From IMG/VR virus record IMGVR_UViG_3300031722_000014: a stretch of 34,038 nt of DNA, one strand, 5' to 3'. Source of the DNA: an uncultured virus (IMG/VR IMGVR_UViG_3300031722_000014). Taxonomy: Duplodnaviria > Heunggongvirae > Uroviricota > Caudoviricetes. Shown here in pieces: positions 33,730-34,038 of the stretch; positions within the stretch are counted from its first letter, which is position 1, and each line of letters starts with the position of its first letter. Under the pieces are notes generated by a model, which saw only the letters and a list, made by a program, of their open reading frames with translations, had not been told where the DNA came from and did not search any database. The position numbers and the translations under genes were made by a program.

Positions 33730-34038
33730 ATGAAACGATTCATTATACCAATAATGATTTTCGTTTTAGGATTTGCATATGGAATGCAAATATCTCAGAC
33801 CACTAAAACGATGAGTGAGACTGATTGGAATGCAATAACAGAAGTGAAAGAAATTTCACTGAAGCCAATTGTTGGAGTCATAAAAGAAGATGCAAATTTT
33901 CTTAATGATAAGATAACCGAACTTTCTCCTAATGCAAACAATTTTGCATATCAAGGTCCGATGTTGCAAGAAGTTGTGATAACGAACATTGACAATACAA
34001 AAACAACAGCGACGCATTTCGCAAAAATAAATGCAGGA
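33730..34038 (+). CDS. Secreted or membrane protein (runs off the window edge)
   Basis: MKRFIIPIMIFVLGFAYGMQISQ... open to the end of the window. Confidence 0.65.
   Translation, partial: MKRFIIPIMIFVLGFAYGMQISQTTKTMSETDWNAITEVKEISLKPIVGVIKEDANFLNDKITELSPNANNFAYQGPMLQEVVITNIDNTKTTATHFAKINAG

Noticed and set aside
1..34038. Stop-codon reassignment (TAG or TGA), known in some crAss-like phages
   Set aside because: MCP, portal and TerL are uninterrupted in the standard code, TAG and TGA end genes at sensible boundaries, and no suppressor tRNA is visible.

Overview
A 34 kb segment of an AT-rich crAss-like (Crassvirales, Bacteroidota-infecting) phage genome read in the standard genetic code. Bases 1-16.9 kb are a minus-strand late and packaging module: major capsid, acidic scaffold-like protein, SLT-like protein, portal, large terminase, RusA, degenerate dUTPase, HExxH protein, IHF-like and wHTH proteins, RNase HI, GroES-like protein and thioredoxin. 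Four AAC-N16-CGTT motifs in this module look like ECF-sigma promoters. The strand switches at about 16.9-17.1 kb (probable genome end or divergent control region). After it is a plus-strand early/middle region with three copies of a ~45 bp promoter-like repeat, many small ORFs, an amidoligase-like enzyme, a metallophosphoesterase, a phage ECF sigma factor and many structured RNAs. The main finding is a circularly permuted (two-piece) tmRNA at about 27639-28015. It appears to lack pseudoknot 1, encodes the tag (A)GTKTIQINNYVGLMSA, and carries inside its intervening segment a tRNA-shaped element whose anticodon loop is expanded to 35 nt. A second tRNA with a 31-nt anticodon loop, a third tRNA-like element, a normal tRNA-Arg(UCU), a ~270-nt late ncRNA candidate and a ~1 kb structured non-coding block are also present. 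All calls were made by eye from sequence motifs; no searches were run.
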